A stretch of 64,000 nucleotides of DNA from Stylophora pistillata (Eukaryota), in the NCBI RefSeq assembly GCF_002571385.2, contig NW_019218629.1:25733-89732 (forward strand). Direction: 5' to 3'. Below are positions 10,426 through 21,900 of this stretch, one piece after another. A program made the position numbers and the translations under genes. Below the pieces are notes generated by a model. The model did not search any database. It saw nothing but the letters and a program-made list of their open reading frames with translations, and was not told where the DNA came from. Position 1 is the first letter of the stretch; each line of letters starts with the position of its first letter.

Positions 10426-10731
10426 ATGAGGGGTGGATCTTTACGGAGGTTTCAGGTGTACGTTCCCGGAGACCAGAAAGAGGGTTCTATTCATCGATGG
10501 CCAGCACGCCCACCTCCTTTCATAGGGAGTTGGGGTACACAAGTGGGGGCAGGTATCAAGGACATGGTGAAAGATGTCGCGCGCGAAACGGGGAGAGGCC
10601 TTAAAAGGACATTCACGCAACGATCTTTGACAGAATTTCCTAGAGGAGTGAAGAGAGGAGTAAAAAGAGCAGTCAAACACGAAGTGCAGAGAAGAGTCAC
10701 TAGGAAACTCGACGATATTTTTGCGGATTAA
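10426..10731 (+). CDS. Basic virion protein with a QVGAG protease-type site followed by an amphipathic helix
   Basis: TQVGAG-IKDMVKDVARETGRGLKR; lies between integrase and capsid. Confidence 0.55.
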   Translation: MRGGSLRRFQVYVPGDQKEGSIHRWPARPPPFIGSWGTQVGAGIKDMVKDVARETGRGLKRTFTQRSLTEFPRGVKRGVKRAVKHEVQRRVTRKLDDIFAD

Positions 10732-10737
10732 GAAAAG

Positions 10738-10917
10738 ATGGTTTACTGGGGAGAAGCCAGAGTAGGGAGTGGGCATATAGGGGTGGGTACCTCGTCCCCT
10801 GGAGATGTGGTTACCACTATATTAAAACAATATAAAAGAAGGAAACAAAGAGGAGGATTTGTACGTATAAAGAAAATACAAAAACGACGCCGACCTCAGA
10901 AACGCAGGAGACGTTGA
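10738..10917 (+). CDS. 59-aa arginine-rich core-like protein (KRRKQRGGF)
   Basis: Manual translation: MVYWGEARVGSG...KRRKQRGGFVRIKKIQKRRRPQKRRRR*. Below the ORF-track cutoff. Confidence 0.55.
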   Translation: MVYWGEARVGSGHIGVGTSSPGDVVTTILKQYKRRKQRGGFVRIKKIQKRRRPQKRRRR

Positions 10918-10926
10918 AGTATCAAC

Positions 10927-12306
10927 ATGTCCATTAAAGGCGCAGAACAGAACCCGAGCTTGAATTTGTTCCGCGTTCCACCTGTAGACCTTTCTACGGT
11001 GAAATCGCGTTTTATGAAAATATCGCCTCAGACCTCAAGCATTACACCCATAGAAGTGTACGTGTCTAAACAGACCGAGTTTATCGATTTCACTAGAATT
11101 TTTGTGGAAGTAGATTTGGCCTTTAAAACCACGGGTAATGGCAATCTCACTTCCCGAGCAGATACAGACGGAAACATGTTATCCCCTGTCAATAACATAG
11201 CACACTCCCTCTTTAAACAAATTAACGTAAAACTCAATGGGACTCTCATCACCGACCAAGTGGACATGTATCACCTGAAAGCCTACATACAGACCCTACT
11301 GAGTTTTGACCGAGCAGACGGGGAAACCATTTTAGCCACAGCCCGGTGGAGTAACGATATTGATTCCCCCTAAACGTACTCGGGTGCAAAGGTAAAGACA
11401 GACGACGCTACTCATGGCGCGTTATCCGCCACCCAGAAAGCGAGTATCAAAACACAGAAAGCAGATGCCCGAAATTATTATGCGGGAGAAAAACACAGGA
11501 TACTGAGAATGGTACCCTTTGTGGATATTTTCCAACAAGGGAAATGGCTAGCGCCCAGGACAGAGATGGATTTAAAATTTTTTCTCAATCCGGTAGCGTC
11601 GTACTTTAACGCAGAATCCAATCCTGGGGCCGAGGAAGTGAGGCAACATGTAGACGATATCAAACTCACCTTTTACGTCTGCTTAGTTTCCCTCAATCCC
11701 TCGGTGTACGATAATGCCATGAGCATCATCACCAAAACCCCAGCTAAATATCCCATCATCCGTACAGAAATGCGACAGTTTCCCCTCGATAATGGGGCTA
11801 CGTCAAAAGAAATCATCAATCCCTTCAACGGGAAAATACCCCAGAGAATCGTGCTGGGAATTCTGGCCACCACAGCCTTTAATGGGCAATACGATAAAAA
11901 CCCTTTTGCCTTTGGGCAATTTGGAGTGGAATGGGTCAAACAGATTTGGAATGGGGAAGAATACCCTTACGAGACGATGCAATTGAACAAAGGGAGCGGG
12001 TACAGAGATATGATGGGATATCACAGCTTTCTGGAAGCCACGGGATGCCGGTATAGAAAAGGGGGCAACATGGTTCGAGCTACCGATTGGGGTCATGGAA
12101 AGAATTGTACCCTGTTTGCCTGGTCAAAGGTGGCCAACGGAAGACACGACGATCCCATCTTACTCTCTAAAGAAGCATGGTTTATTAACATCCAACTGAA
12201 ATGTGCAGCTCAAACAGCGCAGAGAACCATTGTGATTTACACTGAATACGAAAGCATGCTGGAGATCGATGGGTTTAAAGGAGGTGTCAGCATGGATGTG
12301 AATTAG
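10927..12306 (+). pseudogene. Major capsid protein (double jelly-roll, Polinton PY/hexon) with one in-frame stop at 11371-11373
   Basis: LFRVPP, PVNNIAHSLFKQINVKLNG, YHLKAYIQTLL, FNGKIPQRIVLG, AFNG..KNPF. ORFs 10927 and 11509 are in the same frame. Confidence 0.88.
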
Positions 12307-12309
12307 GTG

Positions 12310-12796
12310 ATGGAGTTTGTACGGTTATCTACAGATCAATTAAACGCCTTGGAGAGGCGTGATCACATCCTGAAACGGAACTATGTCGGAGCGTTTGCCT
12401 GCGACGAATTACCTGCCTCTCCCCTTCGAGGGATACCACAAGGCTACATCGTGAATACTCACCCCGGACATAAACCAGGAGAGCATTGGATAGCCGTGTG
12501 GACCTACGATGACTCTGGTGAACTTTTAGATAGTTACGGACTAGATTTACATGCCTACCAATATCTCACACCGTTTATCGTGTGGTTAAACCGATGGAGA
12601 TACATTCGTAAAAACAATCGCGTCTTACAATCGATTAAAACCGCAAGTTGCGGTGATTATGCGATGGTGTATTTGATGTGTAAAGCTCGAGGTCAGAGCT
12701 TGAATGAGTTTTAAGTTATTTTACAGTTTCGAATTATGTGCAAAACGATCATATCGTAGGCAGTATGTTAGGAGACATGATTCAAGGGTTAATAAA
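12310..12796 (+). CDS. Adenain-family cysteine protease (3' end frameshifted)
   Basis: YIVNT..PGEHWIA, DSYG, LQ....SCG: catalytic His, Asp, Gln and Cys are present. Confidence 0.9.
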
Positions 12797-12843
12797 ATAA
12801 TTTTTGTGATCATTCGAGTACCATTTCTGTGTGTGAGGGAGAC

Positions 12844-13515
12844 ATGGCAACATCCTGCTTAGAAGAGGGGTTTTCCATTAAATGTCCAGCCAATCTATTA
12901 ATAGTTGGTCCTACCAGTTGCTGAAGTACCACCTTTCTAAAACGCTTGTTGTTAGAAAACCCAGAAGTATTTGCCGTACCTTTGAAACGAATTCGGTATT
13001 GCTATGGATCGTGGCAACCGAATTTCGATGTCATGCAAGCGCGAGGTATAGAATTTTTCGAAGGAGTTCCCGACGACGATAAGATTAAAGAATGGTTTGG
13101 TGATACGAAAGGAGGAATGTTAGTACTAGACGATTTCATGGCCGAAGGAGGGAACGATAAATACATTCTCAATTTGTTTACCCGATATTCACATCATTTA
13201 AACCTGATCGTGTGTTACCTCTGTCAAGATATGTTCCCAGCGGGTAAATATGCCAAAACCATCTCTAGAAATGCGCAGTACATCATTGCGTTTAAGAATC
13301 CTCGCGATCAAATCGGATTACGGAATTTACTCTTAGAAATGTACCCCACCAAATGGCAGGAGGTCATGGATGTATATAACGAATGCACGGAAAGACCATA
13401 TGGCTATTTGTGTTTTGATGTGCATCCCGCGAGTCGCGATTCTATGAGACTGGTGAGTCACCTATTAAAACACGAAGGTTCTATGAGGTGTTACAGACAT
13501 GCGCAAACGTCTTAA
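12844..13515 (+). pseudogene. A32/FtsK-like genome-packaging ATPase; Walker A destroyed by TGA at 12922
   Basis: LLIVGPTSC*STTFL, Walker B LVLDD, LFTRYSHHLN, TISRNAQYIIAFKNPRD, PYGYL. Confidence 0.9.
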
Positions 13516-13660
13516 AAGAAAGAGACAACGCGGTGGGTTTTTTAGGTGGAGTATTAGGTTTTCGAGGCAGCAATTTGTATAAAAGCACCATCAATACTCA
13601 GGCGTTGAGCAAAGAGTTGGCGAACGCATGATAAAGTGACTAAATCGTAAAAAGAGATAA
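13499..13660 (+). pseudogene. Small basic protein MRKRLKRKRQRGGF..., frameshifted
   Basis: Manual translation; QRGGF motif followed by a Gly-rich hydrophobic stretch. Confidence 0.45.
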
Positions 13661-13666
13661 ATAAGG

Positions 13667-13810
13667 ATGAAGTCACGAAAACACCGCATTGTGTCCGTGA
13701 GAGGTAAAGCGAAAAGACCTAAGAGGCGTAAAAGAAGAAGGGTACAAAAAGGAGGATTTTTAGCATTGATAGCAGCCTTGATTTCGGCCATTATAAAAGC
13801 CACGACGTAA
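13667..13810 (+). CDS. 47-aa adenovirus pX(mu)-like core protein
   Basis: MKSRKHR...KRRKRRRVQKGGFLALIAALISAIIKATT*: basic tract, GG site and hydrophobic tail as in pX. Confidence 0.65.
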   Translation: MKSRKHRIVSVRGKAKRPKRRKRRRVQKGGFLALIAALISAIIKATT

Positions 13811-13811
13811 A

Positions 13812-14025
13812 ATGACCAGACGCAGTTTACCCACTCTAAGAAGACGGAGAAGGACGAAAAAAAAGGGGAAGAAAGAGGGGTGAAGAAGGCGGAATATTAC
13901 CTTTAGCGGCACTCATCCCCGCGCTCATTGCAGGAGGAAAAGCCGTAGGGTTAGGAGCATTGAGTGGTGCAGCTGGATTTGGGGCAAAGAAAGCTTTGGA
14001 AGCAGCTACTAGAAGGCGAGGATGA
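13812..14025 (+). pseudogene. Second pX-like protein, broken by one extra A in an A8 run
   Basis: MTRRSLPTLRRRRRTKK / RGRKRGEEGGILPLAALIPALIAGGKAVGLGALSG. Confidence 0.6.
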
Positions 14026-14342
14026 ATCGCATGAAAAGAAATATCGATTTTTTAAAATCCATCTTGGGCGAAAAAAATTCAAATCTCCGAAAGGAAAAAA
14101 TATTACATGCCAGTAAAGATCAAATCAATAGCGTGAGTGAATTAGTGATGAACATGCTGTAACGACGAATAACGTTACCGCCTCAGACGGTGGCAAAATT
14201 GAGAAAGTATAGCGGTGTGTTGCGCGAGGTGGGTAAGCGTATCAACTTTTTAAAAAAACGGAGACAGTTTCTCGCCTCTCAGACGGGTGGTGGCTTTTGG
14301 CGAGGAATGAACGAAGTGTTCTGTCGTTGTCCATTAAAATGA
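14022..14342 (+). pseudogene. Polinton basic helical core protein ending QTGGGF, with one in-frame stop
   Basis: KEKILHASKDQINSVSELVMNML*...KLRKY...KKRRQFLASQTGGGFW. Confidence 0.55.
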
Positions 14343-14499
14343 ATGAACCCAAGATAGAAGCAGAAGAGAATAAAGATCAAGTAGACGCAGGTATTACCTT
14401 TCATATCGAGTTTGACGAGAGTTGTGATAACAGCAACAGCACGGGGTGTTCCTGGTTACGTTGGATAAGCGAACACATTTTGATACTGTTACTTAAACT

Positions 14500-15192
14500 A
14501 TGGAAAAGAAAGTGATCGTGAACCCGCAAGAATTTCAAGCGCTGGTGGATTTTTATAAGGGGAAAATATCAGAAAGTACCCTGTTAGATAAAGCCGCACG
14601 AGTCGCAGCCGAAACTCAGATGTTACTCAGCGATCCACACACGCAGGCAGGGTTGAAAGAACCCATGATAAAACAATTATTAATGCAAGAACGACAATTA
14701 ACCGATCAGTTGAGACAATTACCCGCAGGCGTAGGATCTGAGGCGAGTGAAGACGGAGGAGAGCGGGGGAATCTATTAGATCCTGTGCAAGAGAACCTAA
14801 TAAAAGATTTGATTCGGTCAGTCAAAACAGGCAAAGAACTGACTGCCGCTGTCGTAGAGAAAACAGTCACACCTTCGACTTCCAAGAAAAAGAAGAAGAA
14901 ACATATCATCACTCCTAGGAAACTATTTTCTACCCCGGGAACTAGTACCCCTAAACCCGTCACGTTTCCTTTTACTCTGAAAAGTTTCAAAGATTTACCT
15001 GCGACACCCATTCTTACGGGGAAACGATTGTTACCTTCGACTCCTCTCACCGGACCAAAGGCGGGAAGTGCTCATAGGATCGAACAGGTGTGGGACCCGT
15101 GGGAAAAGAGAGGTTGGGATCCAGTAAAAGCAGTACAACATGCCGAATACAAAGCGCCGAAAGGCAAAGGGAAAGGGAAGGGCAAAATGTAA
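14500..15192 (+). CDS. Hypothetical element protein (coiled coil plus Lys/Pro/Thr-rich tail with TP sites)
   Basis: Open 230-aa ORF within the structural gene block. Confidence 0.6.
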   Translation: MEKKVIVNPQEFQALVDFYKGKISESTLLDKAARVAAETQMLLSDPHTQAGLKEPMIKQLLMQERQLTDQLRQLPAGVGSEASEDGGERGNLLDPVQENLIKDLIRSVKTGKELTAAVVEKTVTPSTSKKKKKKHIITPRKLFSTPGTSTPKPVTFPFTLKSFKDLPATPILTGKRLLPSTPLTGPKAGSAHRIEQVWDPWEKRGWDPVKAVQHAEYKAPKGKGKGKGKM

Positions 15193-15511
15193 AAGAAGGC
15201 AATCTGGAGGAAAAATCGATCTCCAAAAATGGATTAATAAACTGGGTATAGAATTTCATTGGTCCGGCTATCAGTACATGGGGCCGGGTACGAAATTAGC
15301 CATGCGTTTTAAACGCGGGGATCCGGGTATTACTCGTCTCAATAAGTTAGCTAAACAGCACGATATCGATTATAGTAAAGCTAAAAATCTAGCCGATAAA
15401 CACAGGGCCGATCGTAAAATGATTACTGGTATTCAGCGATTCGGTAAAAACAACATAAACGAACGCATTGTGAAACGCATCATGTAAGCTAAAGTAAAAG
15501 CTGGATTGTAA
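15140..15511 (+). CDS. Parvovirus VP1u-like phospholipase A2 (PLA2X)
   Basis: GYQYMGPGT Ca-binding loop, KQHDIDY catalytic HD, RADRKM. Preceded by KRRQSGG. Stop at 15485 probably premature. Confidence 0.88.
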
Positions 15512-15571
15512 TAAAAACAAATAAAGTGTGTGGAAAAGGTATCATTTGTGCGTGTCTTTATTGGGGTGACG

Positions 15572-16196
15572 ATGGAATCCTTTTATTTAACCCTCCCGAG
15601 TAACGATGAAAGTATCAAGTATTTCCCAGAAAATACTCCCAATTCCTGGAAAAATCGGCTTTCGTCTCTCATTGCATTAGATAAAGACTGGGAAGTGGGT
15701 CTGTCGAGTATTTCACTCCCGCACGAATCTCGATTGAAAAAATACCTCAATAACATCCCAGATGCCACTAGACTACTCACCACCAAACGGCGAGTGTACG
15801 TGGTTGTTACGCAACAGCTTCATGTCACCACCACTTACGTGCATTACAGCGATATCAAAGACAAACCCCTGGACACACCGCACGATCTTCTCAAAGCCTT
15901 ATTCGAAGTGGAACGTGAAAAGTTTATTTTAGACTTGGGAGAATCTGGGGTGTGGGCTAATGAAATGCCTACGGGAAAATTTCCCAACCTTCAATTCGAT
16001 GTCACAAGTACCGTATTACCCTCAATTACAGGGAAGCTTTTTTTACGCACCACCAAAGATTCATTACATCCCATTACGAAATTACATGGTCGATGTGACT
16101 GAAATTCAAATAACTGAAACGGATACCAACTCACTGACACAGTTCGACGATGGTGCTTCTATCGTCACGCTTCATTTTAGAAAGAAAAAGCAATAA
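15572..16196 (+). pseudogene. Minor capsid (penton) paralog 1, internally deleted and frameshifted near 16005
   Basis: MESFYLTLPSN..YFPENT..WEVGLSSISLP ... HYIPLRN..SIVTLHFRKK. Confidence 0.85.
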
Positions 16197-16244
16197 AACA
16201 TCCGCGTACTTCTGAAACATCATTCATTTGAAAAGAGATGCAAG

Positions 16245-17339
16245 ATGAGTGACTTTTACTTGACGTTACTCAGTAACGATAGAAGCGTCAAATATTTTCC
16301 CGAAAACACCAACAAGTCTTGGAAAAATCAACTGAATTCGCGCATCGACTTACAGGGAGATTGGGTAGTAGGATTATCGAGTATATCCTTACCTTACATT
16401 GTCGCGCTCAAGAACCGATGGGAACCCTATTTGAAAGGATTATCAGACGATGATGTGCTTCTCACCACCAGTCGCTTACTAATAAACACGCAAAAGGCAT
16501 TTAAAACAGTCACGTTTTCAATCACTTATGGAGACATCAAAAGGTATACATCACATACCCCCTACGACCTCTTAGAAGCAGTCTTTCAGGAAGAACGACT
16601 GAAATTTATATTCAGTCCGGGGAACACGTGGAGAAGTCATTTATCAAATGACAAAACACTTCAATTCGATGTGCATTGCGATCGAGAAAAAGGAACCGTC
16701 ACAGTATCCTATGAGCGCTTAGATTCGGCCCATGTAAGAGATGCGCGCATCCGTAATCACGTATACTTCGAGTTACCCCGACAACTCTGCAAGTGGGGTG
16801 GGTGGGCGGAAAATTCACATATCCAATTCACCGATTTTCGTGGGGTGAAAGAAGATAACTATAATGTGACACGCCCTGGGGCGAATCTCTCTTTGACGAA
16901 ACGCGGTACAGGATGGAGTTACGATAGACCGCTTACTACCCTCAGTAGTTCCTATTTTTGGTATGACATTCCCTGGAAAGATAATTCGACAAGGGACACG
17001 CATCGCTTTTTACTGAGCGATATCATCTGGACCTTTAAATACAACCCCCACGATACACCTACATCGGCATCCAGTTCACGCAATCTTTACGTGTATTCCT
17101 CCCTGTATGAGCCAATGACCATAGGTGATCAATCCACCGATTTATTACGTCAGATTCCTTACCACGAAATATTGCAAGGAACGGCTTATTTGGAGCTGAA
17201 ACACATTCATTACATCCCCTTACGAAACAATAATTTCGACGTCATCGGAACGCAAGTGGGTGAAACGACGAAAAACACTCTGGCAGAGTTACCCGAAAAA
17301 GGTCCCAGTATATTGACATTGCATTTTAAAAGGAAATAA
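16245..17339 (+). CDS. Minor capsid (penton) paralog 2, intact
   Basis: MSDFYLTLLSN...WVVGLSSISLP ... LYVYSSL.EP..IGDQSTDLLR...HYIPLRNNNFD..ILTLHFKRK. Confidence 0.88.
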   Translation: MSDFYLTLLSNDRSVKYFPENTNKSWKNQLNSRIDLQGDWVVGLSSISLPYIVALKNRWEPYLKGLSDDDVLLTTSRLLINTQKAFKTVTFSITYGDIKRYTSHTPYDLLEAVFQEERLKFIFSPGNTWRSHLSNDKTLQFDVHCDREKGTVTVSYERLDSAHVRDARIRNHVYFELPRQLCKWGGWAENSHIQFTDFRGVKEDNYNVTRPGANLSLTKRGTGWSYDRPLTTLSSSYFWYDIPWKDNSTRDTHRFLLSDIIWTFKYNPHDTPTSASSSRNLYVYSSLYEPMTIGDQSTDLLRQIPYHEILQGTAYLELKHIHYIPLRNNNFDVIGTQVGETTKNTLAELPEKGPSILTLHFKRK

Positions 17340-17376
17340 ATAAAGACACATCATTCATTTACCTACACGCAACGAC

Positions 17377-18451
17377 ATGAGTAACTTTTACTTGACACTA
17401 CCCAGTAACGATGGAAGCGTTAAATATTTTCCCGGAAACACTAACAAGTCTTGGAAAATAGACTCAATAAACGCTTGGATTTGGAAGGAGTCTGGGAAGT
17501 GGGAATGTCTAGCATTTCCTTACCGCCCGAATCGCTCTTGATACCTTATCTCAAAGGACTCAACGACGGTTCAGAAATGCTGAGATCATTTCGAACGGTT
17601 TACCGTTCGAGAGGACATCTCCATCATTCGATAGTCACACAAGTGGAATATAGTGATTTGAAGCATCGACGCATGGAGACTGTGTATGATCTACTTAATG
17701 CCTTATTCGAAGCAGAATGGTTAAAATTTCTGGATCAACTCCAAAATTAAGATTCTTTAGTTCACCCCGGAAATAAACCGTTACAGTTTGATGTGATGTA
17801 CGACGAAGCAAACGAGAGTATTACTGTGAGTGCAGAAAAAGTGGCAGAAAGCGAATTTAGTTCTTCCCAACACTTTAAGAATATTGTAGCCTTTCAGTTA
17901 CGGAAAGATTTGTGTCTACTTTTTGAGTGGGTACAGAATATTACCTACGATGGAAAACCCATCTATACAAACGGCCCCAGTCTCGTGTTGGCAAAACGCG
18001 GTAACAAATTTACAGAAACAAGAAATCCAAAGGATTCAGATTATATTTCCTCAAGATATGGCCTGGCGTGTGGTACTATGAAAGGTTCTGACAACGTGGT
18101 GGTGGACAGTATCGTTTTCTATCTCCACGAGTTTACTCACACGTTCATTCACCTTAAAGAAAGCACTTATAAAAACGGTATGGCCCCTCTCACGTTTTAT
18201 CTCTACTCCTCCCTGTGTGCTCCCGTGATCATGGGTGATCAGACCACCGATCTGTTGCGTGCGTTTGAGTATCGCCCTCTATTGAAGGGAGTTATTATTA
18301 CGAACCGAAACACATTCATTACATCGCTTTGCGAAATCAACACATCGACGAGGTGGAAACGCAACTCAGCGAATCGGAAAATAATAATTTAGCGCAATTT
18401 ACAAACGATGGAGCAAGTATCGTGACGTTACACTTTAGAAGGGTTAAGTAA
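17377..18451 (+). pseudogene. Minor capsid (penton) paralog 3, with frameshifts and a stop
   Basis: MSNFYLTLPSNDGSVKYFPGNT ... FYLYSSLCAPVIMGDQTTDLLR ... SIVTLHFRRVK*. Confidence 0.85.
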
Positions 18452-18484
18452 TTCGTCACGAGTGTAGGTGTACGCAGTCACAAC

Positions 18485-18800
18485 ATGGCAGGCGTGGCGA
18501 ATGGTAAAACCAGGGGAAAAGGTGTCACGCGACAAAAACCCCGCAAGAAACCTCCCCCTAGAAAACGGAGGAAGATACAAAAAGGAAAGGGACTCGAAAC
18601 CGCTATTTAAAAAACAGTGTCACTGCCATTCCTAAAGGTATCAAGATGTTGAATAAAATCGCTAAAGGAAAACCAGTCTCGGATCGCATTAGACGCCTAG
18701 AAGAAGGATATGCTAGGAAGTATGCTGCCTATCGTAACAGTGGAGGGCGCATGACTAAACTCCAATGAGCCGAAGCGAATCATGCCTAATACGCCCAGAA
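18485..18800 (+). pseudogene. Small basic protein with QKGKG site, disrupted
   Basis: MAGVANGKTRGKG...RKRRKIQKGKGLETAI*. Confidence 0.4.
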
Positions 18801-18913
18801 TCTTGTTATATCTTGTAACTATAAAAAATAATGTAACAAAAAAAATTTGTGAATTGAAAAACACTGTTAAAAAACAATGTCTTGTTTATTGGAAAAAAAA
18901 TAAAAACCAATGA

Positions 18914-21900
18914 TTAAAACGCTAAAAAATCGACAAGTTCTATATCATCATTATCTAATCGAACGTAACCGTAAGGCATCGAACTAAATTTACCATTTTC
19001 CATGACTCTCTTGTCAAAAACTAACATATAGGATTTTATTTGTCTCCGTTCTTATTTTCTTTTTTATTGGATCTCGTACAAAATGTACGGGATTGATAAC
19101 CTCTGTCTTTCTGGACTCGTCCAAGGGATGTTAAATTTCGTCCAGAATGTTCTGTTTCATGATCTCATAATTTAGTTGTACCATCCCACGCACATTTAAG
19201 GAGAAACCTTTGACTTTAACACAGCACTTTCCATGGGCCGTAAGATAACCATAATTTTTCGCCCCGGCCGAAATGAATTCCACATTGTTGTCGCCCTCAT
19301 CCAGTTCATTCGTCATGTCCGCCAAATAGTCTCCCAAGGCGATTTCTGACTCTCCAGGTTTCCATTTGTATACTACAGAGTCCGTGTCGTAGTATAGCAC
19401 TCGATCTTGTAAAATTTCTAAGAACTGGTATAGCTTTAAGCGGGCCTGGCATGTAGTAAATGCAGCGATGAAAACATTGATAGCACGACCTTTCTCCGGG
19501 TCTTGATCGTCTCGCTTTGCTACCACTTCCACCAACTCGGGGGAAAGGATACGAACCTCTTGAACCTGTTGTAAGGGGTCGTCGAGGAGATCTAGAAGTG
19601 CTGCTGGGTGGGAAATCTGATGAACTTTCCATTTGTTACAATTCTGACTAAGCTTGCCCCAGAAGGAGTTCAACATCAGTTTGGCTGTAGCTTTCCTTCC
19701 AGGGTTTTTGGTGATCATGGTGGGGTTCAAATCGATGCCTTCTCTCTGCTTTTACTGTTGGACGTAGTGGGCTTTTTGCTCCTCCGTCTGGCACCAGGCG
19801 GGGTAACCGTTACTTTCTTGTTTAATTTTTAGTCATGTGTCGATGTAAGGAGCAAAGAGTCCACGCTGTCTTTTTTCGAAATGCCACACCTCATGGATCC
19901 TGATCAGCTGATACCCCATCTCGATGGCCTTGTGAATTTCAGGCATACACCACGTTCTTGTGAGCATGCGTTCCTCGTCCGTGTGGGGGCACACGTAATT
20001 TCTCTCTCCCATCGCCTTTTTTTATTCTTCTTCGACGCAGGAACGGCAGAGAGGGAACGTGAGTTTGGTGGCGGATCCAATATTCTGACGGTGAGGGAGG
20101 ACAGGGTTAAACAGATGGGTAGGTGGAAGAATAGAGACTTTCATGACGCCATAGTAGGCGTAGGGGTCTTGATCGGCGGGTTCCAAATACATGGTGGGGT
20201 GACCGATGGGGTACTCTCCATATTTGTTGACCCAGGGATATTCGGAGGTTACATCCACGTACCGGATCTGCTCTCCTTGGGTGGGGTCGATTCGATGATA
20301 GAGCGTGGTCGCCCCAGTTCTTCCACCAAAGAAAGCTTCACGCGGTTGAAGGGGTGCGGTGAAGGTAAGGGACTGGATGAAGTTGCGGAGGTCTGGGTCT
20401 GCTTTCTTTTGTTTTTCCCACCTACACCGCCACATTTCAACGACGGTATATCCCAATCGTTGGAATGTAGCAGTTTTCTGAGCTGTTTGGCGTCGAAGCG
20501 CTTCCACAGTAAGGACGGTGGACGAAAAGGCAACCTGGTTCCTTTTGGGAAAGCATTCGCGGCAACCGTAAAACAAACACCCATGAAACTCGTAGATGGT
20601 ACGCGTTTCTGCATCGTATCCATCCACAGTATACACGCGAGATCCATGGGGAGTGCTGTACTCTCCCCCTTGGCGCGCATGTTGGATCCTCGTCCCCAGT
20701 CTTCTCTCCGTCCACGTCAACCATTCCAAGGCCACGTGCTGATGATTGGGTGTGGCTCCTTCCCAACCGTTCTCGGGCTCGATGGCAATAGAATCAGGTG
20801 CCATGACGCATTCTCGACAGTACCTAAAACAAGAATAACATTTTTAAAAATAACGTTTATACATGATGTTTTGTATTCAACAAATGATTACCTGTTACAG
20901 GCTTGGGCGATCGTCACACATTTTTCCATTGGGTCGAACTTGGCGATGGCCTGGAATTCATCAATGAATTTAAGGCATCCAGCTTTAAGCAACGCCACGT
21001 CCGAGCGGCAGTAGGCTATTAACTCTTTTATGAGTTCGAAGGGAAGGTTCTTGCTGTTCTCCTCAGCGTACCACGCCTCGAACTCCGCCTTCTCTTTAAC
21101 TGAAATTCCGTCGGGATCATAGAACTCAGCGGCTGGGAGGGGGCCAATATAGTTTTGGTGGTCTGGGGTGTGAAACTTGTGTGGGAAGAATCCTTTTTTA
21201 ACTCTGGGATGCCAAACGTACTAGAGAACGAAGCCGAGGCCATATGTAGGAAGCACATGCTGTCTTTGAAAACGATCTTCCCCACTTTCATGCATAGATT
21301 TTTGGTTCCGTTGGGGATGAGGAATTCAAATCGGCGATTTTCTTTGACCATCTGTTCCTGCAGGAAGACGGCATCATACCCCTTTAAATTATGGAATATA
21401 CCGATGACTTCCCTGAAGTCATCCCAATTCCGGTTCTCTTGTGGTGGGCCGTACGCTAATTCGTCCATGAAGGCAAGAAAGTCACCGGTACATTCCGGAC
21501 CATTTAACTCAAACACCTCATCGCTTTCTGAAGTTTCAGCCACGATGAGGATGGGCATATAAGTGCCGTCTTCGTGCAGCATAGCTTCAAAATCCGCCCA
21601 TACTTTCAACGGAGGCTCAAAGTATTCGGAGACATCTAGGTTATTTTTTCTTTGTCGTTTTAGTATGCTTTTTGATTTTTTCTTTGGCTTATCTTCATTT
21701 GGATTGACGTGCTGAATGAAACATTGATGTGTGCGGAGGTCGACGTCTTCTTTACAATTCCTGCATTCACTCCAGTAGCAGCGATGTGGTTCTTTCTTGT
21801 TTGGCTTGAATTCTTGACAACAGATTCCACAACGAATCCAGGACGCACACAAACCCTGGTTACGGTGGAGTGCCATGCAGAAATTGTCATAGAAATGAAG

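Noticed and set aside
19881-21014. 377-aa plus-strand ORF
   Set aside because: Antisense shadow of pPolB with no recognisable motifs.
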